Assembly (NCBI GenBank): GCA_964530225.1
Contig: CAZHBA010000110.1
Location: forward strand, 6,958-70,957
DNA: 64,000 bases
Direction: 5' to 3'
Source of the DNA: an uncultured Rhodospirillaceae bacterium
Lineage (GTDB): Bacteria > Pseudomonadota > Alphaproteobacteria > UBA6615
Made by a program: the position numbers and the translations under genes. The notes under the pieces were generated by a model. That model saw only the letters and a list, made by a program, of their open reading frames with translations, was not told where the DNA came from and did not search any database. Every line of letters begins with the position of its first letter. Positions within the stretch are counted from its first letter, which is position 1. This document shows positions 40,485 to 49,688 of this stretch, piece by piece.

Positions 40485-40978
40485 GACGGGTTATTTCTAG
40501 CTAAACAGGCTGACAGGACGTCCGGCCGGTTCATGCGCTCGAAATATTTCTGGTGATAGTCCTCACCTTCCCAAAAGGTGCCCGCCGGCTCGATCGCGGT
40601 GACAATTTTGCGATTGTGCTTGCCCGATAGCGCTAACGCCTCTTTTGAAGCTCGAGCCACCGCCTCCTGCGCATCATTGTGGAAAAAAATCACCGAGCGG
40701 TATTGGGTGCCGATGTCGGGCCCTTGACGGTTCTGCTGCGTCGGATCGTGAATTTTCCACAGCACCTCAAGTAGCTGATCGTAGGAAGTCTTCCCTGGGT
40801 CGTATTCGACATGGACAACCTCGGCATGGCCGGTGGTGCCGTTACAAACCTCCAGGTAGGTCGGCTTCGGTTTGCTGCCACCCATATATCCGACCCAGGT
40901 GGCAGTTACACCGTCAACCTCGTCGAACACATGCTGCGGGTGCCAGAAGCACCCGGCGCCAAACGTTGCCTTTGCCAT
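40481..40978 (-). CDS. msrA: Peptide-methionine (S)-S-oxide reductase
   Basis: Has the active-site motif GAGCFWHPQ, plus GHAEVVHVEYDP and TQYRSVIF. Confidence 0.92.
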   Translation of the reverse strand: MAKATFGAGCFWHPQHVFDEVDGVTATWVGYMGGSKPKPTYLEVCNGTTGHAEVVHVEYDPGKTSYDQLLEVLWKIHDPTQQNRQGPDIGTQYRSVIFFHNDAQEAVARASKEALALSGKHNRKIVTAIEPAGTFWEGEDYHQKYFERMNRPDVLSACLARNNPS

Positions 40979-41205
40979 AATCTACCCTCCCGCGGAGATT
41001 CTACCGGTTTTATAGTTGGAGATTGCCACCTATTTGGCAATGGTCACGACTTTCTACGGACCACAAAACATAAATTATTCGTAATATAAATACATTTACA
41101 CAAATGATACGATAAATACGAAAATTTATAAAAAATACTGGTATAGGGAGAGGGTCTCAAAATACTAAAAGATTGAAAGATAGCCAGATTCATTTATTCC
41201 AGACA

Positions 41206-41589
41206 ATGCGGGTCGGTGTCATAGCACCACCCTTCAGAGTAGAAAGTGGCTACCCTCCTCAGCGCGTCCTAACGTTCGATGATACAAAGGCACCCGTTGA
41301 TAACTGAGCAGTGCCCGAGGACCATCACGTCCGTTCTGCGCTGGCCTTCGCACGGCAATGTGAACGGCCGTCACTGCTAATTCATTGCCAAGCCGGAGTG
41401 AGCCGGTCTCCAGCCATTGCATTGGCTATATTTCCCGACTGGCTGGCTTCAGGACGTGAGGAAGAGGTTGTGCGAGAGCTAATGCAAGTGGCACTCCCCT
41501 GCACGCCAAATACGCTTGTGGTAAAACTTTCGGATAAAGTTCGTGGATGCGAAGGACGGCTAACTTCGGCACTCCAGAAAGAAATTTGA
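41206..41589 (+). pseudogene. Protein tyrosine phosphatase-like gene (COG5350-type, HCxxGxxRS), 5'-truncated and carrying an in-frame TGA at 41305-41307
   Basis: LLIHCQAGVSRSPAIAL is the CX5R phosphatase signature. The upstream in-frame segment MRVGVIAPPFRVESGYPPQRVLTFDDTKAPVDN[TGA]AVPEDHHV aligns with the family region before the P-loop. The first 25-30 residues or so of homologs are absent, and AT-rich DNA sits there instead. Confidence 0.6.
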
Positions 41590-42163
41590 AGGACTTTTAG
41601 TGAATTAGTTTTCGTTTATCCCGTGGTCCCTGGTGTGCAGTCGCTTCTTCCAGGTGCTTTCTAGTTACTGTACTTCATTAGGATTTGCATCGGGGAAACA
41701 ACCCGCAAGGATTAAGAATTTAAAGTTTTCGGGATTCCGCTTACGGAGCTCCTTGTTGCCTCCATCTCCCGTCACGGCGCAGTTCATCCAACGGCCTAGG
41801 AGATTATCTTTGCCATAGGCTACTTCGAGATAGCTCTTACCGCCACTGACATTGCAGCCCATAGACAACGCCAAATTCGATCGTGATATCGATCAAGCTC
41901 GTCACTACTTGAATTTATTTCCTCCTGCAATCCGGCCCGCTTGCTTCGTATATAATATCGTATAACAGCGCTGAACCTTACTATCACCCCCAATCTTTGC
42001 CTGCCTAGGCTAGCTTCAAGAATTCTCCTTGAAACCACCGCCCGGGCGGACGATTTAAACTCCTAATGACCTTTTTCATGTCTCGCCGGCCCATATCACC
42101 GGCACCGTCGCGCGGATCAGCCTGGAGATAGTTATCGACTACCTGGTTTTCATCAAGGCCGGC

Positions 42164-43114
42164 GTGGGATTAGCACTTTTGCTGTTTGCAGCCGACTACC
42201 TGGTTCGCGGCGCGGTTGCGCTGGCGCGGCTTAGCGGCGTTTCACCCCTCATCATCGGGCTGACCATTGTCGCCATTGGCACCTCGGTGCCCGAGTTCGT
42301 CACCGCTCTAGCCGCCTCACTATCCGGCGCTACCGATATGGCGATCGGAAACGTCGTCGGTAGCAACATCGTCAACATGCTGCTTATTCTGGGCATCGCT
42401 GCAATAATCCGCCCGATCGCCGTTAGCGTGAAAACCATAGCCCGCGACACCACGATGGTTGTCGGCGCAACGGCGCTGTTTGTCGCCATCGGCGTCACCT
42501 GTGGATTCAACCTATGGCGGGGCGCTCTGCTCGTGTTTTGCCTGCTCGGTTATTTGTATCTGACCTACAAAGCAGAGAAGGTAGAGAATAACGAGGAGGC
42601 GTTGCACGCGCGCGAAGCCGAATACATCGGCGGCGTGCCGGGGCACACATGGGTCGCTTTCGTTTTTCTGGTCGGCGGATTGGCCGGCATCATTGTCGGC
42701 GCAAAACTACTGGTCGACGGTGGCCTGGGTATCGCCGAGGCATTTAACGTATCGCGTACAGTTGTTGGACTCACATGGATTGCGGTCGGCACCAGCCTGC
42801 CCGAGCTCGCCATCGTGATTGTCGCCAGCTTGCGCGGGCATAGCGACATCGCCCTGGGCAACGTGCTCGGCAGTAACATATTTAACTTGCTGGGCATAAC
42901 AGGTGGGGTTGCCATGATCACGCCGCTCGATATGCCGAACGAGGTTATGAATTTTGATATTTGGGCATTGCTCGGTGTCACCATCTTATTGCTGCCCTTG
43001 ATGATCACGGAAAACAAAATCAGCCGCATGGATGGCCGGCTCCTGGTCGGGCTTTATATCGTCTACCTGGCCGCCCAACTGGAACCCGTACGCCAGCTTT
43101 TTGCCCAGGCGTGA
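42164..43114 (+). CDS. Calcium/sodium:cation antiporter (CaCA family, YrbG-like)
   Basis: Has two alpha-repeat motifs (GLTIVAIGTSVPE and GLTWIAVGTSLPE) and GNVVGSNI / GNVLGSNI. The GTG start gives a short first helix, and the frame is open upstream to 42059. Confidence 0.85.
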   Translation: MGLALLLFAADYLVRGAVALARLSGVSPLIIGLTIVAIGTSVPEFVTALAASLSGATDMAIGNVVGSNIVNMLLILGIAAIIRPIAVSVKTIARDTTMVVGATALFVAIGVTCGFNLWRGALLVFCLLGYLYLTYKAEKVENNEEALHAREAEYIGGVPGHTWVAFVFLVGGLAGIIVGAKLLVDGGLGIAEAFNVSRTVVGLTWIAVGTSLPELAIVIVASLRGHSDIALGNVLGSNIFNLLGITGGVAMITPLDMPNEVMNFDIWALLGVTILLLPLMITENKISRMDGRLLVGLYIVYLAAQLEPVRQLFAQA

Positions 43115-43234
43115 GGAGGCACGCAAAGCCCCTGCGCCAACGTGACAAATTTAGTAGTATCTGCACCTTGAAAATTGACCGTTGGCCGGATCGTGTGTGG
43201 GAATTGGCAACAGATCGAGGGACGTTGAAGAGCC

Positions 43235-45232
43235 ATGATAACGGCAGACCAAGCCGAGCTTAAAAACGGGACGGGCGCCAGCCATGTTGGCCTGGAAGCT
43301 CTGCGCCAGGCGCTTCCCACGTTACCCGCGGGACCCGGCGTGTACCGTATGCTCAACAGTGGCGGCGACGTTCTTTACGTCGGCAAGGCCCGTAGCCTAA
43401 AACGGCGGGTTACCAGCTATACGCAATTGACTCGGCTACCCATCCGCCTGCAACGCATGGTTTCGCAAACCGTAGCACTGGAAGTCGTCACGACCCATAC
43501 CGAAGCCGAAGCGCTGCTGCTAGAGTCGAACCTTATTAAGCGCCTGGCACCGCGCTACAATGTGCTACTACGCGACGATAAGAGTTTTCCCTATATTCTG
43601 CTCACCAGCCAGCTTAGCCGTAAGATCCTCAAAACCGGCGCCAGCCCGCAGAAACAACGGCGCCAGCAGCAGGATAGCGCTACGCCGGGTTCCAAAAGTA
43701 TTGGACCTACTCCAGCAGATTGGGTCGGCGTTACCAAGTACCGCGGCGCCCGCACCGCCGAGGGTGAGTATTTTGGGCCCTTCGCGTCGGCTGGGTCAGT
43801 CAACCGCACGCTCAATGCCCTCGAGCGAGCGTTCCTGTTGCGCAGTTGCACCGACGCGGTGTTTTTGGGACGCTCGCGCGCCTGCCTGAAATATCAGCTC
43901 AAACGCTGCAGCGCCCCTTGCGTCGGCTACATCTCGACCGAGGAATATGGCGAGCTGGTTAAACAGGCGCGCAATTTTCTCGGCGGCCAATCGCGCGAGG
44001 TCCAAGACAGCCTGGCGGAGGATATGCAGGCAGCCAGCGATAACCTCGAATTCGAGGGCGCCAGCAGAATTCGCGACCGCATCCGCGCTCTCACGCAGAT
44101 ACAGGCCCATCAGGACATCAACGTCGAAAATCTCAAGCTGCCGGAAGCCGATGTAATCGCCGCCTGGCAAATCGCCGGGCAAACCTGCATCCAGGTGTTC
44201 TTTTTTCGTGGCGGACGTAATTACGGCAATCGCGCCTATTATCCGCGCCACGACAAATCGGTCGATGTAGACGAGGTTCTCGCCGCATTCATCGGCCAGT
44301 TTTACGAGAACAAGCAACCGCCGCGCGTCATACTTCTCAGTCACCAGGTGCCCGAACACGAATTATTATCGGCGGCGTTGACGGTCCGCGCCGACCGGAA
44401 GGTGGTTGTTACCCACCCAGTTCGCGGAACGCGGCGCAAGTTAGTGCAGCATGCCCTCGACAATGCTCGCGACGCGATGCAGCGCCGAATGGCGGAAAAA
44501 GCCACCAACCAAGAGCTTTTGGAAAAGGCGGCAGAACTGTTCGGTCTCGACTTATCCCCGGCCCGCATCGAGGTCTACGATAACTCCCATGTCGGCGGCC
44601 AGCATGCGATTGGCGCCATGATCGTCGCCGGTCCCGACGGTTTCATCAAAGGTGCCTACCGCAAATTCAACATGAAGGGCGACGATTACGCGCCCGGTGA
44701 CGATTACGCCATGATGCGCGAAATGCTGAGCCGCCGTTTCGCCCGCGCGACCAAGGAAAACCCCGAACGCTCCGCCGGGCAATGGCCCAATCTGATCCTA
44801 ATCGATGGCGGTCAGGGCCAGTTGAGTGCCGCGGAGGGCGCGCTGGAAGAACTGGGGGTCGACGACGTCGCGATCGCCGCAATCGCCAAGGGACCCGACC
44901 GCGATGCCGGCCGCGAGCGGTTTTTTACCCCCGGCCAGAAACCCTTTTCGCTGCCGCCGCAAGATCCCCTGCTATACTATCTGCAGCGATTACGGGACGA
45001 AGCCCACCGATTTGCCATTGGCACCCACCGGGCTAAGCGCTCGAAGGCAATCACTAGCAGCCCACTCGACGAGATCCCGGGTGTGGGTGCCAAAAGAAAA
45101 CGCGCGCTGCTAACCCATTTCGGGTCGGGTCGGGCGGTAGCTCGTGCCGGACTCAAGGATCTCAAAGAAGTCAAAGGTATTAGCAGCTCAGTAGCAGGGA
45201 TGGTTTATGATTATTTTCACAGCGATGGTTAA
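43235..45232 (+). CDS. uvrC: Excinuclease ABC subunit C
   Basis: Has a GIY-YIG domain (GVYRMLNSGGDVLYVGKA), a UVR domain (EFEGASRIRDRIRAL), an endonuclease V-like domain and a C-terminal HhH2 (IPGVGAKRKRALL). Confidence 0.97.
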   Translation: MITADQAELKNGTGASHVGLEALRQALPTLPAGPGVYRMLNSGGDVLYVGKARSLKRRVTSYTQLTRLPIRLQRMVSQTVALEVVTTHTEAEALLLESNLIKRLAPRYNVLLRDDKSFPYILLTSQLSRKILKTGASPQKQRRQQQDSATPGSKSIGPTPADWVGVTKYRGARTAEGEYFGPFASAGSVNRTLNALERAFLLRSCTDAVFLGRSRACLKYQLKRCSAPCVGYISTEEYGELVKQARNFLGGQSREVQDSLAEDMQAASDNLEFEGASRIRDRIRALTQIQAHQDINVENLKLPEADVIAAWQIAGQTCIQVFFFRGGRNYGNRAYYPRHDKSVDVDEVLAAFIGQFYENKQPPRVILLSHQVPEHELLSAALTVRADRKVVVTHPVRGTRRKLVQHALDNARDAMQRRMAEKATNQELLEKAAELFGLDLSPARIEVYDNSHVGGQHAIGAMIVAGPDGFIKGAYRKFNMKGDDYAPGDDYAMMREMLSRRFARATKENPERSAGQWPNLILIDGGQGQLSAAEGALEELGVDDVAIAAIAKGPDRDAGRERFFTPGQKPFSLPPQDPLLYYLQRLRDEAHRFAIGTHRAKRSKAITSSPLDEIPGVGAKRKRALLTHFGSGRAVARAGLKDLKEVKGISSSVAGMVYDYFHSDG

Positions 45233-45250
45233 TCTTCGCCCGATTGACCC

Positions 45251-45850
45251 ATGTTTTCCGGGTGGCAAACTAAAACTAGAAGTATGACGATACCGAACAT
45301 TCTTACCCTTCTTCGCGTCGCAATAATCCCAATTGTCGTGGTGTTGCTTATCGCCGGCGAATCCGATGCCACCCAATGGTGGGCCTTCTATCTGTTCGTC
45401 GCGTCGGCGATGACCGACTTTTTCGATGGTTGGCTGGCACGCAAGCTCAATCAGGAAAGCGATATCGGCCGCCTGTTCGACCCCATCGCCGATAAATTTC
45501 TGATCGCCGCCGTGTATCTTGTCCTGGTCGATGCCGACATCATCGCCGGCTGGAACGTGCTGGCGGTAATTCTTATCCTCGGCCGCGAACTGCTGGTCTC
45601 CGCCCTGCGCGCCTATCTTGCCGAGCGCGGCATCGCGATGCCGTCGAGCAAGCACGCCAAATACAAGACGGCTGTGCAATTGGCATCAGCAGCGCTACTG
45701 ATCATCAGTCCGCTATTCGATCCGCTATTCGCGCAAGTCGCCCTTATCGCGCTATGGCTGGCAGCCGCACTGACGGTGTCGAGCGGTTATGGCTATTGGA
45801 TGCGTTCGAGCGAACACTTTACCGCCCACGCCAACAAGGCGGGAGAGTAA
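45251..45850 (+). CDS. pgsA: CDP-diacylglycerol--glycerol-3-phosphate 3-phosphatidyltransferase
   Basis: Has the CDP-alcohol phosphatidyltransferase motif DFFDGWLARKLNQESDIGRLFDPIADK. An alternative start is ATG 45284 (MTIPNILTLLR). Confidence 0.9.
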   Translation: MFSGWQTKTRSMTIPNILTLLRVAIIPIVVVLLIAGESDATQWWAFYLFVASAMTDFFDGWLARKLNQESDIGRLFDPIADKFLIAAVYLVLVDADIIAGWNVLAVILILGRELLVSALRAYLAERGIAMPSSKHAKYKTAVQLASAALLIISPLFDPLFAQVALIALWLAAALTVSSGYGYWMRSSEHFTAHANKAGE

Positions 45851-45854
45851 CCCG

Positions 45855-46394
45855 ATGCGCGTTATGGGTCTGACGGGGTGGAGCGGTAACGGCAAGACGA
45901 CACTGCTAGTTGAGTTGGTCTCCCAAATTACCGGGCTCGGTTACACCGTCTCCACCATCAAGCATGCCCACCATGTCTTCGACGTCGACCAGCCAGGCAA
46001 GGATTCGTATCGCCATCGCACCGCCGGTGCCTCTGAAGTTCTGGTTGCCTCGACTAAGCGGTGGGTGTTGATGCGCGAATTGGCGGACGAGCTCGAGCCC
46101 GACCTCGACGGACTACTTTCCCACATGACGCCGGTCGATCTCGTCCTTGTCGAAGGCTACAAGCACCACGCCCACGACAAAATAGAGGTTCATCGCCCCT
46201 CGCTGGGGCAGCCGCTGGTCGCGCCAACAGATCCCTCGGTTATCGCTATAGCCTGCGATAATCCGCCAGATAATACAGATGGTCTAGCTGCCGCCATTCT
46301 CGATCTCAACGATACCGCGGCGATCACCCAATTTATATTGTCGGCCTGCGAACTGGATTCTCACCTGACGGTGCCAGTAGGAAAGGCCAGCTAA
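45855..46394 (+). CDS. mobB: Molybdopterin-guanine dinucleotide biosynthesis adapter protein MobB
   Basis: The start was chosen at ATG 45855, giving MRVMGLTGWSGNGKTTLL (P-loop). HHVFDVDQPGKDSYRHRTAGA is typical of MobB. Confidence 0.85.
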   Translation: MRVMGLTGWSGNGKTTLLVELVSQITGLGYTVSTIKHAHHVFDVDQPGKDSYRHRTAGASEVLVASTKRWVLMRELADELEPDLDGLLSHMTPVDLVLVEGYKHHAHDKIEVHRPSLGQPLVAPTDPSVIAIACDNPPDNTDGLAAAILDLNDTAAITQFILSACELDSHLTVPVGKAS

Positions 46395-46398
46395 CGCT

Positions 46399-47679
46399 AT
46401 GATCCAACTGCGCGACGACTGCTTTGTCAATGACGGTACATTGATGCCGGCGGATACCGCGCTCGATACATTGTTCGACCGGCTGCACCTGGTCGTCGAC
46501 AGCGAAACTGTCCCGCTACGAGCAGCGACGAGCCGTATCTCGGCTGCGGATGTAATCTCGGAACGTGACGTACCGCCCCACGACAATTCGGCGGTCGATG
46601 GGTACGCAGTTTACTTCGGCGATCTGGCGGTAAACACCGATACTCGCCTACCGATTACCGGCCGAGCCGCGGCGGGCCATCCGTTGATGCAGCCGCAAAA
46701 ACGCGGTGAGGCCGTGCGGATTTTTACCGGTGCGCCGATGCCCGAGGGCGCAGCGGGTGGGCCCGATACGGTGCTGATGCAGGAAGATTGCGCCATCGAG
46801 GGCAGCGCCGAAGGGGAACTAGTGATCATTCCTCAGGGTATCAAAAAAAGCGCCAACCGGCGTTTCCGCGGCGAAGATGTTCAGGCCGGTGCGACCATAT
46901 TGACCGCGGGCCAACGGCTGCGGCCACAGGAAATTGGGCTCGCCGCATCGATTGGCCTAACATCGTTGAACGTTTATCGGCCGCTACGTGTCGCCATCAT
47001 GTCGACTGGCGATGAAGTGTCCGAACCAGGGACCGACTTGCCCACTGGCAGTATCTATGACGCCAACCGTTATAGCCTGTTCGCGCTGCTCGACGATCTT
47101 GGCTGCGAGGTAACCGATCTCGGCATTCTGCCGGACGACCGAGCGATGCTCGGCAAGGTGCTGAGCAAGGCTGCTGAAAGCCACGATGCCCTGATCAGCT
47201 CGGCCGGGATGTCGGTCGGCGACGAAGACCATTTATCGGAGACAGTTTTGGATTTGGGCCAGATGCATTTCTGGCAGCTCGCCATCAAGCCGGGACGACC
47301 GGTTGCCCTCGGCCAGATCGGCAGCGCTTCGTTCATCGGTCTGCCCGGAAACCCGGCGGCGATGATGGTGACGTTCCTGGTGCTGGCGCGGCCGGCGTTG
47401 CTGCGGCTTGCCGGCGCCATCGATCTCCGTCCCCACCTCTATAAAGTCCAGGCGGGATTCGATCACACCAAAAAGCCGGCGCGGCGTGAATATGTTCGGG
47501 TTCGACTATCGACCGGCAAGGACGGTAATTTGGTGGCCCTTAAGTTCCCGCGTGAAGGCGCCGGTATCCTGACTTCGCTGGTCGAAGCCGACGGCCTTGT
47601 TGAATTGCCCGAGAACACGACCCAATTGACTGAAGGAACGATGGTGGATTTTCTGCCATTTACGGAAGTGAGCCGATGA
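46399..47679 (+). CDS. moeA: Molybdopterin molybdotransferase
   Basis: Has MoeA N-terminal, MoCF-binding (STGDEV...GSIYDAN) and C-terminal domains. Length is 426 aa. Confidence 0.9.
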   Translation: MIQLRDDCFVNDGTLMPADTALDTLFDRLHLVVDSETVPLRAATSRISAADVISERDVPPHDNSAVDGYAVYFGDLAVNTDTRLPITGRAAAGHPLMQPQKRGEAVRIFTGAPMPEGAAGGPDTVLMQEDCAIEGSAEGELVIIPQGIKKSANRRFRGEDVQAGATILTAGQRLRPQEIGLAASIGLTSLNVYRPLRVAIMSTGDEVSEPGTDLPTGSIYDANRYSLFALLDDLGCEVTDLGILPDDRAMLGKVLSKAAESHDALISSAGMSVGDEDHLSETVLDLGQMHFWQLAIKPGRPVALGQIGSASFIGLPGNPAAMMVTFLVLARPALLRLAGAIDLRPHLYKVQAGFDHTKKPARREYVRVRLSTGKDGNLVALKFPREGAGILTSLVEADGLVELPENTTQLTEGTMVDFLPFTEVSR

Positions 47680-47927
47680 AAGTGCTTTATTTTGCTTGGC
47701 TAAGGCAGCGGACCGGGGTCGCCTCGGAAGAGTTCGACCTACCTGGCAATGTCCACAACATCGACGATCTGGTCAGTTGGCTAGCTGCGAAGGGTCCCGG
47801 CTATGCCAAGGGGTTCGCCGAGCCGCAGGTAATCCGCGCCGCCGTCAATTTCGAGTATGTACTGTTCGACCACAAGCTTACGAACACCGACGAGGTAGCG
47901 TTCTTCCCGCCCATGACCGGCGGGTAG
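47676..47927 (+). CDS. moaD: Molybdopterin synthase sulfur carrier subunit
   Basis: An 83-aa ThiS/MoaD fold ending in the obligatory C-terminal Gly-Gly (PPMTGG). Confidence 0.9.
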   Translation: MKVLYFAWLRQRTGVASEEFDLPGNVHNIDDLVSWLAAKGPGYAKGFAEPQVIRAAVNFEYVLFDHKLTNTDEVAFFPPMTGG

Positions 47928-47944
47928 CGTGGTAATCTGGCAAT

Positions 47945-48427
47945 ATGATTAAGGTTCAACAGGAAAATTTCGACGTTAGCGCTGAGCTCGCGAGCTTAAC
48001 TGCCGGTAACCACCAGATCGGTGGAGTCGTTAGTTTCGTCGGATTGGTGCGCGACCTAACAAAGGCGGACGGCCGTGACTCCGCTTTGAAGGCGATGACC
48101 CTGGAACATTATTCGGGCATGACCGAGAAAAAACTGGCCGAAATCGAGGCCGAGGCGCAAGCGCGCTGGCCGCTCGAAGCCAGCCTGATCATCCACCGCT
48201 ACGGCCACCTCCAGCCCGGCGAACAAATCGTTCTGGTTGCCTGCGCCTCAGCCCATCGCCAGGCAGCAATCGATGCCTGCAGTTTCTTAATAGACTGGCT
48301 CAAGACCGAAGCACCACTCTGGAAACTGGAGGAAACCGACACCGGCAAAGAGTGGGTCGAAAGCCGAGCTGGCGACGATGCAGCAGCGGCGCGCTGGCAG
48401 GTCAAACCGGACCGAGCCGTCGAATGA
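47945..48427 (+). CDS. moaE: Molybdopterin synthase catalytic subunit
   Basis: Has the conserved MoaE segments GGVVSFVGLVRD, LEHYSGMTEK and PLWKLE. Confidence 0.9.
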   Translation: MIKVQQENFDVSAELASLTAGNHQIGGVVSFVGLVRDLTKADGRDSALKAMTLEHYSGMTEKKLAEIEAEAQARWPLEASLIIHRYGHLQPGEQIVLVACASAHRQAAIDACSFLIDWLKTEAPLWKLEETDTGKEWVESRAGDDAAAARWQVKPDRAVE

Positions 48428-48636
48428 ACGTCATTCTAAAATCAACGATCGCCTGTCCCCATTGCGGGTATGAACAGCCTGAGATTACGCCCACTAACAC
48501 CTGACAGGTTTTCTACGATTGTCGCTCATGTGGCGAAGTTTTGCAGCCCCGACCGGGCGATTGCCGCGTTTTCTTCTCATACGGCGATGTACTCTACCCC
48601 TCGGTCCAACAAGACGGTTTGCAGTCCTGCGAATAA
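48424..48636 (+). pseudogene. GDCCVxC-family small Cys-rich protein gene with an in-frame TGA (48502-48504) and several lost Cys codons
   Basis: The ATG overlaps the moaE stop (ATGA). The product is MNVILKSTIACPHCGYEQPEITPTNT[TGA]QVFYDCRSCGEVLQPRPGDCRVFFSYGDVLYPSVQ. As I recall it, the family pattern is CPxCG...MPTDAC-x-FYEC..C...L.P.PGDCCVFCSYG.V.CPP.Q. On that pattern four conserved Cys positions read TGA, CGC(R), TTC(F) and TAC(Y). Confidence 0.55.
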
Positions 48637-48637
48637 C

Positions 48638-48665
48638 AAAACGGCGCTCCAAGAAGCACCGTTTT
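48638..48665. terminator. Hairpin with flanking A/T runs between convergent genes (bidirectional intrinsic terminator candidate)
   Basis: AAAACGGCGC-TCCAAGAA-GCACCGTTTT forms a 10-position stem with 9 pairs, and the T-run continues downstream. Confidence 0.6.
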
Positions 48666-48684
48666 CATTAAATTTGAGTATCGT

Positions 48685-49614
48685 TTACTCAGCAGCAACC
48701 GCAACCGGACGGCCATTTACTAGGTCGTCATAGTCGATCATTAGCGTCTTGGTGATAGTGCCAACTTCGAACGAATAATCGCTACCGATGTTGGAAATCG
48801 GCGTCACTTCCGCCGCCGTGCCGGTTACGAACATCTCGCTGGCATCACCGAGTTCTTTCGGCATGATCGCCCGCTCGATGACCTCGTAGCCGCGTTGCTC
48901 GGCTAGCTTGATGACTGAACGGCGGGTAATGCCGTCGAGGAAACAGTCGGGCGTCGGCGTGTGTATCTTGCCGTCGATAACCAGGAATATATTCGCGCCC
49001 GTTGTCTCCGCAAGCTGACCGCGCCAATCGAGCATCAGCGCATCGGAACAGCCATTAGCCTCGGCGGCATGCTTCGACAGGGTGCAGATCATATAAAGAC
49101 CGGCGGCCTTGGCGTGCACTGGTGCCGTCAATGGATCGGGCCGGCGATAGATCGCCCAATCCAGCTTGATGCCCTTCATGCGCGCCTCCGGCGTGAAGTA
49201 GGCCGGCCACTGCCACGCAGCGATAGCAACATAGATCTCGCAATTCTGCGCCGATACGCCCATTTGCTCGGGACCACGCCAAGCGACGGGGCGAATATAG
49301 GCGTCCGACACGCCGACCTTCTCAAACGTCTCGCGACACGCCGCACCGAGTTCGGCAATCGAGTAGGGCACCCGAAAGCCCAGCGCCTCACCAGACACTT
49401 GCAGGCGCTCGTTATGCGCGGTTAATTCGAAAATTTCGCCGTTATAGGCGCGCATGCCTTCGAATACGCACGATGCGTAGTGCAGCGCATGATTCAACAC
49501 GTGCAATTTGGCCTCGCGCCAGGGTACGAACTCACCGTTCATCCAGATTACACCGTCCCGATCATCATATGGCACTTCATGCATGGCCTGAGCCCTTTTG
49601 ACATATTCGTTCAT
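48685..49614 (-). CDS. ilvE: Branched-chain amino acid aminotransferase (class IV PLP fold)
   Basis: Has VFEGMRAY, a PLP-Lys region and the class IV motif TGANIFLV...TPTPDCFLDGITR. Confidence 0.9.
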   Translation of the reverse strand: MNEYVKRAQAMHEVPYDDRDGVIWMNGEFVPWREAKLHVLNHALHYASCVFEGMRAYNGEIFELTAHNERLQVSGEALGFRVPYSIAELGAACRETFEKVGVSDAYIRPVAWRGPEQMGVSAQNCEIYVAIAAWQWPAYFTPEARMKGIKLDWAIYRRPDPLTAPVHAKAAGLYMICTLSKHAAEANGCSDALMLDWRGQLAETTGANIFLVIDGKIHTPTPDCFLDGITRRSVIKLAEQRGYEVIERAIMPKELGDASEMFVTGTAAEVTPISNIGSDYSFEVGTITKTLMIDYDDLVNGRPVAVAAE

Positions 49615-49688
49615 TTATCTACGTCCTTAAGACATATAATTATTCTTCGGACTTGCACTGAGTAACATTTTTAGGTAATTAAGTCAAT

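Noticed and set aside
41590-42160. Minus-strand ORFs 41665-41874 and 41820-42038, considered as real genes (for example a lysozyme or chitinase-like fragment)
   Set aside because: They overlap each other in different frames. I could not match their translations convincingly to any family, and they sit in compositionally atypical DNA. I treated them as probable decayed sequence within the islet finding rather than as CDS features.
48470-48733. ORF 48470-48733(+), 87 aa
   Set aside because: It is an alternative frame across the GDCCVxC pseudogene and the terminator, and it runs into the 3' end of ilvE on the opposite strand. The translation is not protein-like.
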